Origin: Pocillopora damicornis
Lineage: Eukaryota
NCBI RefSeq assembly: GCF_003704095.1
Contig: NW_020847248.1
Location: forward strand, 806,001-870,000
Length of the DNA: 64,000 bases
Direction: 5' to 3'
Shown here: positions 50,801 to 64,000 of the stretch, piece after piece
Numbering within the stretch: the stretch's first letter is position 1
Layout: each line of letters starts with the position of its first letter
The notes under the pieces: generated by a model
Seen by the model: the letters and a program-made list of their open reading frames with translations, nothing else
Told to the model about the DNA's origin: nothing
Databases searched by the model: none
Translations under genes and position numbers: made by a program

Positions 50801-53800
50801 GGAAACAGGGGCTGTAAGGCGAAACCCAAACAGAGAGCCTGCTCGCAGGCTGAACAGACGGCGGTAAGAGGTCTTATGGGCTGCAGTAGACCACCCGTAA
50901 CCGGCTTTTAATGAAATTAGCGCAGAAGCGAATTGAGAGCATGTCTAAGAGACTCGCTTATCTGACCTGTAAACTCTCTTAAAGACCTTCCACAAGGGAA
51001 AACAGGAAAATTGCAGGCTTAACAGACTGAGTTAGACAGAGTTATGTATTCTTACCATTCCCCTTGTATGTGTTGATCCAATACTCTTTGATAATTTTGT
51101 TGATCTCAGCCATTTTAATTCCGTGATATCGCATAATGGCCCTAGAATACACCAGTCGTTAAAACTGAATGTTACTGTTGAGTTAAGAAATGTGACTTGC
51201 GCTGCGTGAATGCGCATGACATTTGTCCTGATTGAGAGAATACAAAGCAAATAAGTCGACGGCATTGAGAACATCTAAAGGAACACACTCCCACAGCGTA
51301 AATGTACAATCTTGTTTTGAGTACGTCGTCGCTATTGACTGATGAAACGACTGAGACCAAAGAACAACTACAATAACAACAAAAGCCCAGCAAAACATAA
51401 TGCTTGAGTACAACTCGTATTTGCTAGAATTAAATTTAAATGAACATCTTAAATAACAATAAACTTTCAATAAAAAATCAATAGACTAAAAAGAAAAAGT
51501 AGTAAGAACTAGAAGACGAGACTAGAACCAATGTCCCAGAAGAAAGGGCTGCCTAAATTAATTAACCACACCACCTAATGAAGAAGATCGCCAACCTGTC
51601 AAGAGCCTTATAGTACTTTCCAAGGTCATCATTTGCCATTTCAGTGGTCTGTAAAGTATTGACAACGGTTAAAAGCTTTGCGAAAACATTGACGAGACGA
51701 AGTTACCCAACCAGACATACGGGGCTTAAAACCACGTGTCACAAAATTAAGCGATTACGTTCACTTTCAGTTGGAGGAAATTGGAGGAAATTGGAGGACC
51801 TCAATCTTCCAAATACTTTGAAATCATACATTCTGCGCACGCACAGCCCAACATGGTTTTAAGTTTTTGAACGTCTCTCACATGTTAGAAAGGGACGTTT
51901 GACTTTAGGTGCGCGGACGAACGCGTTAACGAAGCATTGTATATGGTTAGGGGGACCTTAACGAATCATAAATATCCGCCATGGTAAGAGAAAATAGGCC
52001 TCTAAAAACAAAAATTCCAAGGTCTAAATTATACGTAAGCTACAATTAGCGTCGAGAATTTCATATAAAAATGTGCAAAGAATCGAAAATTGAATCATCT
52101 CATTTGTTCCCTACGTGCTAAGTACGAAAGACGTTGGGAGAAAAGCACCACCTGCACACTGACCATTTGAAAACTATTATGCCTATTGAGGTGGGCGAAT
52201 CACTAGTTATTGCCTGTATCACTCACCTTCATAGCGATGACTTTTTGTCTGTGTTTCTCCTCAGCATTTTTAAACAAGTCACTGCGCAACTCCTTTTGGC
52301 ACCGCCTCAGGTCATCCTCGTAACCTGTAAGTCGCCCTTCGTGGTGCGCTTTCTGAAAACAGGTCAAGTATGTCATAGGAAAATTGATCAGAAAACTTCT
52401 GTAAATATGAATATTAAAATGATTATCTCCCCAATTTTCTTTAAACAGCGCTGTCGATTTCTTTTTCAATTGCTTCCATCGAGAAAAGCTATCGGCATCA
52501 ACACCAGGATTCTTCCTTGCCTTGTTTTCCATGTCAGGTGTTGGGAACTGCCAGTTTCGATATAGGCATTGATATTTACAAAGAAAATTATTAAGGATTT
52601 CAAACATATTGTAGTCTAGCAAGTTCCCCTTAGCGACTTTCCCTGGAGGGACATTATATACAACAAACGCTTTTTCTTTGCTTTGCAACTGTCAAAGAAA
52701 GCTTGTTAAAACAAATGTCTGTGATAAGAGGCACGAGAAAAATTAACCGTTTAAGTATACATTTCACTTGCACAGCCATTACTGTTGCCTTCATCAGCCC
52801 CCTTAGATAAGATCTATTTTGGATGATAAGTTAAAATCTCCTCGATAAACCGATACTTTCCTGTGGTTTATACAATGTGATGCGCGCAGTTACCTCTTTC
52901 CTTAGATCGTCAGATCGCTGTTGCAATTCTTGCCTCTCACTAAAATGAAAAAAAAGCCGTAGTTTTTTTAGAATAAATCATTTTATAGAGAAGTGCAAAC
53001 CAGTTCCATTCATTCAAACTTTCACATGTCTCGAGACGGCCCAGAGCGATTGAAAACTTTGATGTACATGCTCAAGACAGTGTCACGATGAATTATTCTC
53101 AAAATGTCTCCAGAACCATTTTTGTGCTTCTGAGCTGAATACCTTCCCCTTGTCGTTTGTTTCTTCCTGTTAATAAAATTGACAGTTTTCCCTGCGTCGA
53201 TCTACCCAAAGATCGTTCATGGAATGAAAGATAATCTTAGCCTGCCTTCAACGTGGAAACCACGGCGTACTCCACGCAATTGGAAAGTGATGGCAAGCTT
53301 TTCAACTGTGTCTTGGGAGATGGGCACGCACAGAAAGAAAAACTTGATATTCCATGTGACTCCTCACGTAACTCCTTTTTTGGAACACTGAAGCAATCAA
53401 GAGTTTATTTGACTCCTAAAAGAACCGAAAGCCTAGCATAACTGAAAGAAAAAACCAAAAGGGACTTTAGGCAGCTTTTCCTTGTCTCTTACCTAGCAAG
53501 GTCCTGGTGGTCGCCAAACTTACGCAGTTCTTTGTAAACATCTGCCATTTTCTTGTCGATATTTTGAATTTCTTCCTGGGTACTCTTCAACTGAATGTTG
53601 TCCTCAAGTTCACGGGCCCGTATCTGTCAACAAAGTTTAAAACATCTCGTAGTTTTGAATCTGGACAATCTCCTTTAGTGACTTGGGGAATTTGGTACAA
53701 GAATCGCTTCTCCGCAGAGTACAAACTGTTGTTTTAGCTGTTACATTCATTAGCTTAGCCGTAGTTTATCGAAAAAAGAGAAATCTGAAAAGGAAATGGG

Positions 53801-56800
53801 TAACGAAAGAACAAATTGTTTGAAGTTCATCATAAATAAAAAAGTTATTTATGATTTACAGGTTATCAATCATTGATTATTCGAATACCCTATGCATTTT
53901 TTATACTAATGTTCTCTACCAGGCACGCAATGCAATCAATCTGCCACTTTTTAAGAGAGAGTGTGGAAACAACTACGCATGACGCTTTCGTGCATGAGCT
54001 GTCGATAATTTGTAGGCAGCTATTTTCAAGCTAACTCGCACGGCGGGCTCCTAATAGGCAATTGGAAAAGGAAAAAAATTCCATCGAATCATATTTATAT
54101 TTTTGAAGACAAAAATTTTAAAGGCTAACCTGTTGCTTGGAAATGTCGTTCTTCAGTTTATCGATTTCAGAAGACACAGCTTCTTTCTCCGATTTCAGTT
54201 TGTCTGCTCTACCTTCCACTTCTCGTAAACGAGCCTCGTTTTCCTGTAAGGCCGTTGTGCCTCCATCGCTCACGTACCTTAAAAAAAAAACCCTGAATTA
54301 ACAATTCACCGCATAAAGTTAGAGTTTAGACATTCAATGAAGATTCAGATAACGTCTCTCTAATAGTAATAGAGGTTGGTACATCATTACCATTCGCTGG
54401 TAAAATGCTCTTTCCCGTTTGGGGTGAGAATGATTGTACCACCCCTCCCCCTCCCCCGCACACACACACACACACCCAACCACTCACCCATTCGATGTAC
54501 GTAAAGCAGGTGGTAACCTTCTCATAAATAAGGATCGGATTAAGTTTACCTAACATCTTAAGAATATAACTAAACAATAACATTTGAAATAAAAGGAAAC
54601 CTAAAGATAATTCGTGATTGTTTAAAAAGTCAACGTGGTTCAGAATTAAAGTTAATTGCATGAGTCCATGCAAAAACTCTGTCATTGACGATGTTGCTTC
54701 CATTGCTGAAGTTGTTAAGAAAAGCAATGAGGCAGCAGGTTTCTTCTGCTAGTACAGGGCAAATATTAGACATGTCACTTCTGACGGCTCCTTTGAGAGC
54801 TAATAAATTGCACGCCGGCAGTTTTACTGTGGTAGTTAAACTCCAACTATAATACTTTGAGGTATAACCGATACTCATATTTTAAGGACACGATTTCTTC
54901 GAGGTTTGACCACTAAGTTTGTTGAGTTGTCCATAAATTTTTGAGCAATAATAAATAATAAACGTGCCAAGTTATTTAAAAAGACAAGAACCGGAGATTG
55001 ACTTTTTACGTAATTTTTTCAAATTCAATTTATGCAATACACATTGTTCTTTTAGCTGTTATTTCAAGGGAAATCCAGTATTGAGTTAAAAAAAAGAATA
55101 ACATGCATCTGCATGTGATTTATCTGCACTCAGAGAAAGCTTTCAAACAAAATTTAAAATTTTGCGGTTCATTTTAGCTTCAATATCATTCCTTCAAACT
55201 GGCGACAACGTGTCACACTGCTTTCAATTAAGATAACAAAGAGCACAGAGATAAATATTCCTTCACAAAAGAAGAAAAAATTGGATCGAAGTGAACCCTT
55301 CTGAAATAATAAGAGTCGGTTTGATTGACGGTGGAAAAGAACGTAATCGCTGAAAAACAAAACGACAAGGGATATTGCTCTACCATCTGTATTTACCATT
55401 GACACAAAGAAAAATTAATATCCCCGTTGGGCCCATTAAAAACAAAAAAACAAATAAAACTCAATTAAGGTGCTTAAACAAAAGAATAGAAACGATTGCA
55501 TGGAAAACGACTTAACATATGCTAAAACGGCTTGCACTGTAAATGCTGATGGTAAACGATTGTTAAACTTGAGCGCACGGAAGCAACATGCAGCACAACG
55601 AGAACTCGACGTTCGACTCGTTCACAGATCTCATCAACACAACAACACGTCCGTCGGAAGAGAGGTACGTCTTGGACCACTGGGCTTTTAAGTTTTTCTC
55701 TTATTTCTTTGGCATTGCTTTTGGTATTTTTTCGCTTTGCTGCCTTGTTTTCATCGTTCGACAATGTAAGCAGCCATCAAGCAGTCGGAGCATCCACAGT
55801 CGCTTTACAACTGTTCAACTGTTTGTGGCAGCGGCTTTGAAAGAAGTCGCGCTATTTTGGTCCCCTCTGCTGTTAGACGGTGAAACAACTGAAATAGTAT
55901 TAATAACACTACTTGTAGATTGTGTCTCGGTAGCGCTGATTCTGACTGCTTTTAGCATTCTTCTCCTCATATTGCTGGAATCAACCAAAATATCATTAGC
56001 TCCACCGAGGCTCCAAAACATTTGGGTGTTGCTCGGATTTACAGTGGTTCCGACCGTAATTATGCTCACATTCAACCTGTTGGTGCTGTACGTCAGAGAA
56101 GTTTGGTACCTCGTATCCTATGTGACAATTCTTGGCTGGGGAATATTCATCTGCGTTGGTTACCTAATAGCAGGACACAGGATGTGGCGAAACCTGAAGT
56201 CATCGCGACAGCTCGGAACATCTTCGGGAGATCGAAAGCTCAGAAACATAACCTTCCTTGTATTCGTAGCACCGTGGATCACTGCAGTATTTCTAATTCT
56301 CGACGTCTGCCTCGCTGCCAGCTTTTACGAAATGTCATCAGTGGCGGTCACCGAAAAGGAAATCTGGGAGAGATATACGATAGCATTTTTGCTCCAGAGC
56401 TGCGAGTTTACAATTGTGCTTCTGATATTCGGAGTTGTCGTAAGAACGAAGTCTGGAAAAGGTTCAGTTGATAATGCTCCAACAGTACAGTTAGGAACAT
56501 TTTTTGATGAAGAGCCAAAGACAGAGAACTAAGAAGATGACAACGAATATGGAAGTAAAATCATCACACCAAAGTAAGACATGGATTCCTGTGGGACGTT
56601 CTTTCTTTCCCACACAAGTAACTTTAGTTGCGAGAAAAGAATTCAACTATAATAGCAATTAGATAGCAAAACAAGAATACAATGCGAGTCGATTGAAAAT
56701 TTAAAAATTCTTCAAAAGAGGGAGCTACTACAAAGCCAGCGTGACGGGCACTCAGTGACGTAAATCTAGAGCGTGAGTTTGTAGGGACGTTGTGGGAAGA

Positions 56801-59800
56801 GGGAAAACGCACCTCTTTCGAGCGCGCGTGCCAAGGAACAAACGCTTCTTTAACTGGAGCGGTTGCTACACAGAATGTTAACGAGGTCGAGCCTTTCAAC
56901 TTGAGGACACAACTAAGATAATCCTCAACTGAAATTATAATAACTTCTCCTGCTAAATTTTACCTTTCAGTGTTACCTAATAGTTAATATATAATCCTTG
57001 AAACGTAATTTTTTATATAGCGATAGACTCTTTCTCAGAGAGCCGCGTTCAATTTACGTGGTGATTTCATTCGCAAACTTTACAATTCAGCGCACTGTCT
57101 ATTTAACATGACAAGGTTTTTCAATCAATATTTACCAAGGACAAAGGTACAAGGGATTATGTCCTCGCTTGTGAAAAGCCGCTTTTGTCGCGTAGTCGGT
57201 AGCGACACAACCCTTTTCGGGTTGGCCCTTATCCAATCGAGGAAGACAATGGTAAAGAATATGAACTTAAAATAAAAATTACATCATGAATGGTCTTATT
57301 ATGGAGTTCAACAATCAATAACCACTTCGTGAATATTCATTAAATAAAGAAAATATTTTTCTCGTCTCAGTTCTTTGAGAATGACCAAGGAAAGATAATG
57401 TTAAAAGGTCAATGTTAGTAAAAAAAAATTGATAAATTGATTGGTAGTTTTTGCCATGAAATATTCCAAGCACGCGATTTTGATAAAAAGATGTCACCTC
57501 CTTAATTTCAGTCAGGAAACATAACTATAAAGCAGAGATTCAGCAATTGTAAAGCACACCAGATAAGTAAGGCTAATGCAATAACCTTCCACAAAGATGC
57601 TCTGAATTCTCTTTTCAAAGTCTCCTTCGCCTGAAGTTAGAACGCACTTCTTATAAATTGGAATACCGACGATATAAATAAAGTCAATTCCGAACTCTCG
57701 TTAATCTAAAAAAAAAAAACAAAAAGAGAACAAATAAACACAAACTACTCAACAGAAGCAATAACAATCCGAATGCGTGCATAACAATTAACGAATCCGC
57801 ATTACACTAAATTTAGCTTTCATCATTCATTTTGAGCATCCTTGCATGACCATTAAGTGTAGAAAGCCATCGTTAACTTCTGAAGTAAAACCTGTCACAA
57901 TACACGTTTGTATCTACTGACATTAAAGTTTGCCTTCAAAACGTCAATCTATTTTAGAAAAGGAACGCGCAATTGAACAAATTTGCATCAATTGTTCATG
58001 CGCAACTGCAAATAGCGATACGTTATTAAAAAACTATGGGTCTAAGTCGACGCACAATCGCAACGAAATGAAACAAAACCAAACCTGGTCGCAAGAAACA
58101 CCACATTTATTTTCCACGCCGAGCCTTATGTCATCTACGAGCGTGGAGGAACTTTTAAATCACTGGGCATGGAAGTTTCATACTTATTTTTTTGCGGCAT
58201 TGTATATCATTTTCGCAGTGAATTGTTTAATTGCTTTAATAGAAAGAGAAATTTCCAAGGCGCGCTATGTTACCGCACTAGTGTTGTTCAGCTTTTCAAA
58301 GGCCTTCAATCTATCGGCCTACAGCATACTTCTCCTGGTTTTACTCGAATCAACAAAGGTTTCAATCGCGTCACCGCGCCTTCAAAATATTTGGGTGTTA
58401 CTAGGTTTCACAGCTGTCTTCACGGTAACCCTTGCTACGTTCAATTTGCTGGTACTGTTCGCAGACAAAGAGCTTTGGCGCTTTACCTCAGATCTGGTCG
58501 TCTCTACATGGGGAGGACTAATTTGCTTTAGTTACGCGGTGGCTGGGTATAGAATTTGGCGCAACCTAAGATCTTCGAGAGACATGGACAACGGTCGAAG
58601 AAATAGAACGCTCAGGANNNNNNNNNNNNNNNNNNNNNNNNNNNNNNNNNNNNNNNNNNNNNNNNNNNNNNNNNNNNNNNNNNNNNNNNNNNNNNNNNNN
58701 NNNNNNNNNNNNNNNNNNNNNNNNNNNNNNNNNNNNNNNNNNNNNNNNNNNNNNNNNNNNNNNNNNNNNNNNNNNNNNNNNNNNNNNNNNNNNNNNNNNN
58801 NNNNNNNNNNNNNNNNNNNNNNNNNNNNNNNNNNNNNNNNNNNNNNNNNNNNNNNNNNNNNNNNNNNNNNNNNNNNNNNNNNNNNNNNNNNNNNNNNNNN
58901 NNNNNNNNNNNNNNNNNNNNNNNNNNNNNNNNNNNNNTGCGGGGACATAACATGCTCACGAATCTGACGTCTAACCTTTTTATTTCAGCAGTTTTCTCCC
59001 GCACTTTGTCCCCTCTCGTTCTTATTTCTTGGAGCTGCAAACCAAGATATTAATAAATTTAATCTTACATAACGTTATATCTTTCGTGTTAAAGCAAGTG
59101 TTCTCTCTTGCAAGCTAGAAAGGCGACGAGCGTTGCTTCTTTAATTAGTTGTTTGTCCATTTGGTTGTCTTTACCGCTCTTTAGAAATTATAGTAGCTTA
59201 GATGACAACTCTTAGATAATTTTTTATTTGATTGAGTAAAAACACCTCAAAGCGATTTCCCACTCGCAACTGTATAAAATATCATCTGCTACACAAATGA
59301 AGTGGAAGGTGAGGAGGCATAATAATTAGATCGCTAACCTCCGGGTCGAGAGGCCAGGATTCGAGTCCATCCGCGTTCATTTTGTTATGTTCTAAGGTAG
59401 GATACGTTCCCACAATACCTCTCTTCACCCAGGAGTATAAATGGGTACCACAGAACTGTCAGCGAAACCTGACGAAATTATGTGGAGTGGTGGGGTAGGT
59501 AAACTGTGGTGGGCTAGCATTCTATGAAATACTCCATGTCACTCCCAACCAACCCCTCCCCAAGACGCCGGAAAAGGTCCGGAAGCTGTGCGATTCATTC
59601 TCGTATGTGAACCTACACGTACCTTTTTTTTTCAAACAAACAGAAACTTGTTATTTACCTTCTTGCGATTTTCGTCATCTGAAGCCTCCTTCTGACCCAC
59701 AACTCGTTGTTTTTCCTCCTGCAGTTCTTCAAGTTTTTCCTAAAAAAATACGCCAAAAACCTAAGCTTTTTTCTTTTTTGTGAAAGAGCAGTGGATAAAA

Positions 59801-62800
59801 CTCCACAGTAATAAAGCGATTCCACTCACCGCGATAGGGGCTAAATCTTCCTCGGCTTCCTGTGAAACGAAAGTAAAACAAGAAAAAAGGACTCAGTTTA
59901 CCAAATTTCCTAACATTTCATTCTGCAACTGTCAAGTGAAAGCTAAAAGTGATAAAAGACGGCACTGGTCTTGATTCATTCATTGTGCAATGTGATTGAT
60001 CTAGAATACTCGCACCTCTCCCCCCCGTCTCATTACTAAACACTAACAAAATCAGAACAATTCGGAACTTAGTTATCGTCGTTCTCCAGCGCTTACATCG
60101 TTTAACAGGTACTTTCTAGAAGTTCTCTGCAGTTTCAAGTGATATTAACCTTTGCTCTGATTGAATGTTGCGATTAAATCAGTTTTGGATTTACGAACCT
60201 CAATAGAAAAGCGCTCCAAAGATCGATTGCCATTCTTATTACTACGATATTATAGTTTATGAGCAATGAACAGTTAGCGACTAACGGTTTCTTTGCCTTC
60301 TCCCCATATAGGCGCATTTCTTAAATGTTTCTACTTACCTTAATTTCCCTTGCAAAGGCATTGTTGTTTGCGGTGAGTTCGGCTTTTTGTTGTTCTAAGT
60401 GAGTTCTCGTCTGCAACTGAGCTTTCAATCGAAGCTATGGAAATTCAGATGAAAGAAAAAGATAGAATAGATTAGATGAAGCAGACAGGCAGAAATACTT
60501 TTCGAGCAAAGTTACCTTTTGTGACTTGAGCTCGTGCACATTAGTCTCCAAGTCACTTAGCTGCCGCTGCAGTTGGCTCAACTGAGTTCTTTTACGATCA
60601 ATGTGGTTATTGAGCGTGTCACTACGAAATAATAAGAGTAATAATATAACGCGGTAACACTGTTGAGTGACATAAAATCAAGAACGACCGGAGTCAAAAG
60701 AATTCCTCTATTTCCAGAAGAACAAAAAAATCCAACAGAACAGTGGGAAAAATTCAATAAGAATTAACTGAAAAGCGGGCAGTTCTGAATCAAAACTAAA
60801 AGAATCGTCTTTATAAATCACTTTAGCTGATCAAATGTGAAATAAAATATTTTTGAGCGCAAAACTGCAGTAAGGGGAGACCTCAGATCTAATCTTAAAC
60901 AAATGGGAACCTCCATGAGCCATGGAAACAATTTTTCTTAGATAGAATAGGAGAGATGGTAAATTCTGGGCTCGACAATAAACCAAACGAAAATATTTCG
61001 AGAGGAATCGCGCCCAGACCTTCCCATTCTTCGCTCCAAAGCGACACCATTAAGCTACAGAAAACTCCAAAGTGAACTAGTAGGTCATTACTTCAATCAT
61101 ATGAAACAAGCGTCTCAATGTACATATTGGTACTCACGAGCGATCTTGTCTATCGGTGATTTCATTTGAAACTGACTGCATGGTTCTACCTGGCGCTAAA
61201 ATAAGGAAAATAAAAAAATTAAANNNNNNNNNNNNNNNNNNNNNNNNNNNNCCCCCCCCCTAATTTTCCCAATTGACTTAGAGCGAATCGACTAGTTGCA
61301 AACGATTTTTAAGTTCTGACTAAAACAATTGCTTGTGATCCAATTGGAAACAAAAAAATCTTACCAACTCCACGGAGTTTAGACTGCAGCAAAGATATAT
61401 TCTTGTCCATTTCCTTCAGCTCTGACTTGTATTTGTCCAACATACGAATGTCTGGTTCCATATCTCGAGCACTCTGCGCCTCGCTTTCGGTCAAACTCTG
61501 AACATCTTCAAGCTTAAGAGAGGAAGAGTCAACAGTTAGGTTTATGTCAGTTTGGATCACTGTACAAATGAATAACAAAGGCTACGATGGGAAACAACTG
61601 TCTTACATAAACAAAAGTAAGAACTACTTAAAATAAAAAACAGCAGTGCAAGGTGAAACATGAAGCCTTACATTGCGAGAAAAAAAAAGCTGATTTGAAA
61701 GCAAGACAGGTGTGTCAAAAATAACTTTCCCTGCAAAACTCAACATTTTTCGTTTTACCTCCGTTATCTTATCCTCGATTCTTTGTATCTCACTTGCGAT
61801 CTCTTCCAGTTTAGATTTGGCCTCAGGAATTCGGTTGTTTTCCAGTTTTTCCAGCTAGAAAAATTGATAAACAGCAGGTTATGTCTATGGAGATGACCAG
61901 TAACTAATTATTCGAGTTACATGCGATTTTCAAAGTTCTACAATCTATCTATCAGTTGACAGACTGTCTAATTGATGAACTGGCTGACTGACTGACCGAC
62001 TTACTTACTGAAGGACTGTTGGACTGACGGCCTGATGGATTGACTGACGGACTGAGGGACCGACTGATTAGCTCACTGAGTGATTGAGGGACTAAGTGAC
62101 AGTCTAACCAACCCATCGGCCGACCGACCGACCGACTAACTGAATGAGTGAGCGACAACGACCAACTAAATTGTCCGAATGATTCGAAAACTGTGTGCAA
62201 GGCACAACGTTGTTCATACTTACAGTTTCTTTTGCTGGGGCCAGCTCAATGACGCGATGAAAGCGTTTTTGCTCTTGGTCGAGCTCTCTTTCCATCGACT
62301 CTCTTCTCTCGGGGAGATCTCGAATCTTATTTCTCAACTACAAATTAGAAGAAGGACAGTGAATCCCTGAACTAGGGAAATTTTCTGCAGTTTAAAAATG
62401 TGAAATTTGAACAAGATCACAAAAATGTTGATAGAAATATGTTTACTTTGTCCCTCGAAATTCACGAGCAATTCAACTATTTTAATAGCCTCTAAATCGC
62501 GCGAACGCTTGTTGGACGATTTTACCCACATGGGGCAAGTTTCTCAAAGAGTGCTTAGAGCGAATTTTCATGAAAAAGTAATGAATAAACATCATGCAAT
62601 TTCTCCTAGCTCGAAATCATCCTTCGTTTTCATGCTAACATCGCAGACTTGATGTTTATCAAAGACGAGTTTCTCTACTAAAGGCCTCCTGGTTTTCGCA
62701 AATATCCCCAGGAAAATTTATGAACTAAATACCTCTGAAACAAGAGCAGTAATCTGCCTGTCACTATCAAAGGTTCTATGACACAGAGGACAGCCACTTG

Positions 62801-63363
62801 AGTGGACATCTTCACTATCCAGTTTAGAAACATACTTGGAGTAGATTTTCTCCAATGAGCCGATGATTCCTCGTTCACTATGAAATGCATCAAAAGCACA
62901 CAAATAAAACTGTGAACATGTCACGTCTTTGAGTCTTGCAACCCATGAATATCATTGCATTTGCCATATTTAGTGATACGATAAGAATCTACAGTTTGCT
63001 ATGCAAGTTAGGCGTAGTCGCTTATGTTGTCCTTCGGTAGCATTTCAAAGTAGCATAATAGTTTCCAGTGAAAATCAAATGCGACTTAAAATTCGCCGAT
63101 CCACAGAATCACTATGGACAGAAAACATTTTGTAGCACAGCTAAATAAGGGAAGATGAGTGGTGATACACTGGTACACAATGTTACAAAACAAGGTAGCC
63201 TCCTACCTGATAACATCAATCACGCTTGAGTACTTACTCTTGTAGATTTGCAATTCTGTCCTTGATGGTTTCCCTTGTGGTGTTGTAATCATTTTCCCCA
63301 CAGACCTCAGAAATTTGCTTTTTGTGCCGCTGTGCTTCTTTCTCTTTGTCTTGTAGGTTTTCT
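47868..63363 (-). CDS. RAD50: DNA repair protein RAD50, 3' half (>=21 exons visible; 5' exons lie beyond the window end)
   Basis: Zinc hook GCPLCHR (~62780), long coiled-coil exons, [24 protein letters not shown], signature [10 protein letters not shown], Walker B/D-loop [12 protein letters not shown]-loop [12 protein letters not shown], and final exon [21 protein letters not shown] (47868-47931). Confidence 0.96.
49558..49605. repeat. (AAT)n microsatellite
   Basis: AAT run in a RAD50 intron; shorter in the duplicate at ~26175. Confidence 0.85.
55588..56532 (+). CDS. Intronless ~7-TM membrane protein, PRRT3/PRRT4-like, nested antisense in RAD50 intron 54278-58975
   Basis: 314 aa; N-terminal sequons NST and NTT; [15 protein letters not shown] first helix, [16 protein letters not shown] and PRLQN motifs; about seven hydrophobic segments. 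The family call is from memory of motifs. Confidence 0.75.
   Translation: MQHNENSTFDSFTDLINTTTRPSEERYVLDHWAFKFFSYFFGIAFGIFSLCCLVFIVRQCKQPSSSRSIHSRFTTVQLFVAAALKEVALFWSPLLLDGETTEIVLITLLVDCVSVALILTAFSILLLILLESTKISLAPPRLQNIWVLLGFTVVPTVIMLTFNLLVLYVREVWYLVSYVTILGWGIFICVGYLIAGHRMWRNLKSSRQLGTSSGDRKLRNITFLVFVAPWITAVFLILDVCLAASFYEMSSVAVTEKEIWERYTIAFLLQSCEFTIVLLIFGVVVRTKSGKGSVDNAPTVQLGTFFDEEPKTEN
58068..58617 (+). CDS. Second PRRT3/4-like paralog; 3' end hidden in the gap at 58618-58937
   Basis: [44 protein letters not shown] and [13 protein letters not shown] match 55588-56532; ~40 aa in-frame deletion relative to the paralog. Confidence 0.7.
59305..59560 (+). mobile_element. tRNA-derived SINE with Nin/Deu-type central domain
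   Basis: B-box-like GATTCGAGTCC followed by CTCTTCACCCAGGAGTATAAATGGGTACC core. Confidence 0.65.
61955..62170. repeat. Degenerate tetranucleotide (GACT/GACC)n microsatellite
   Basis: GACTGACTGACCGAC... runs in a RAD50 intron. Confidence 0.8.
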
Positions 63364-64000
63364 CTGTGTAACAATAATTACGTCAAGACAAGTTTTAATC
63401 GTCTAACTGGACACGTTTTAATTTAGGCGTACCATGGAAGCACAGTGTATTCCTAAAACACCGAAACACTTTTGCGTCACGCACATTTTCTCAACCACAT
63501 GATTATTCAGTTTTTGTCAGAAAGGAAACGATCTAAGCATAAAATTTCATTTTCAATGTTATTGACCAATGTAAACTGGGGCTACTGAAGAACGATGGGC
63601 GGGCTGATCATTCGCATAAAATAAATAAATACACAAATTAGATATCCTTCGGTTGGCCACGCTTGCAGCGCAATGATATTGAGCGTCGTACAATGAAAAC
63701 TAAACAAATGATCACAGCTTATCAGAACAAAGCTTACATCACGAGGAGCCAATAAGTACTCAAAGTAATTAACTTAACACGAAGCGCGGGTAAATGCAGC
63801 TCACCAAGCCGTGATTGGTTCAATTTTTGCACCTGATTGGTTGAGAGCGGCACGAGTTTTCCTTACCTATCACGCTTCGTAGTGAAATAGAATCAGTCTA
63901 GTGCATTCCCAAAAGGCCCCCCGGTACTAAGTTGAAAACTGTTTTAATGCATCGTTTAAATTGATGCAACACATCATAGGCCATGTTTTACGTGCGTAAA

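Noticed and set aside
56022-56471. 149 aa overlapping ORF within the PRRT-like gene
   Set aside because: Alternative-frame ORF with non-ATG start and no recognisable features.
59330-59375. tRNA-like B-box
   Set aside because: No cloverleaf; it is the head of a SINE.

Overview
AT-rich, intron-rich animal DNA from a gapped draft scaffold. The repeat types and gene families suggest a cnidarian, probably a stony coral (inference). From left to right: (1) a 15-exon Niban/FAM129-like gene (-, 483-10024) head-to-head with (2) VPS52 (+, 10420-22520), which has two U12-type introns (one apparently AT-AA) and a nested same-strand intronless class A GPCR; (3) a ~26 kb inverted-duplication structure. 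Its left arm (24958-31991) is a decayed mirror copy of the RAD50 3' end plus a truncated NACHT-ankyrin gene, and is fused to an inverted VPS52 fragment. Its centre is a ~4 kb foldback-like element with hairpin subrepeats. Its right arm holds an apparently intact ~2,010 aa gene with the architecture CXorf38/DUF4559 HEPN-like domain - coiled coil - signal-anchor-like hydrophobic segment - STAND/NACHT NTPase - Cys-rich ankyrin array (+, 38905-46634). (4) RAD50 (-, 47868 to beyond the window end) carries two antisense PRRT3/4-like membrane-protein genes in one intron. Dispersed MITEs, a tRNA-type SINE and Penelope-type hammerhead ribozyme motifs are also present. The best candidate for a new system is the putative membrane-anchored HEPN-NACHT-ANK receptor and its head-to-head paralog. 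All family assignments come from reading motifs by eye, not from database searches.
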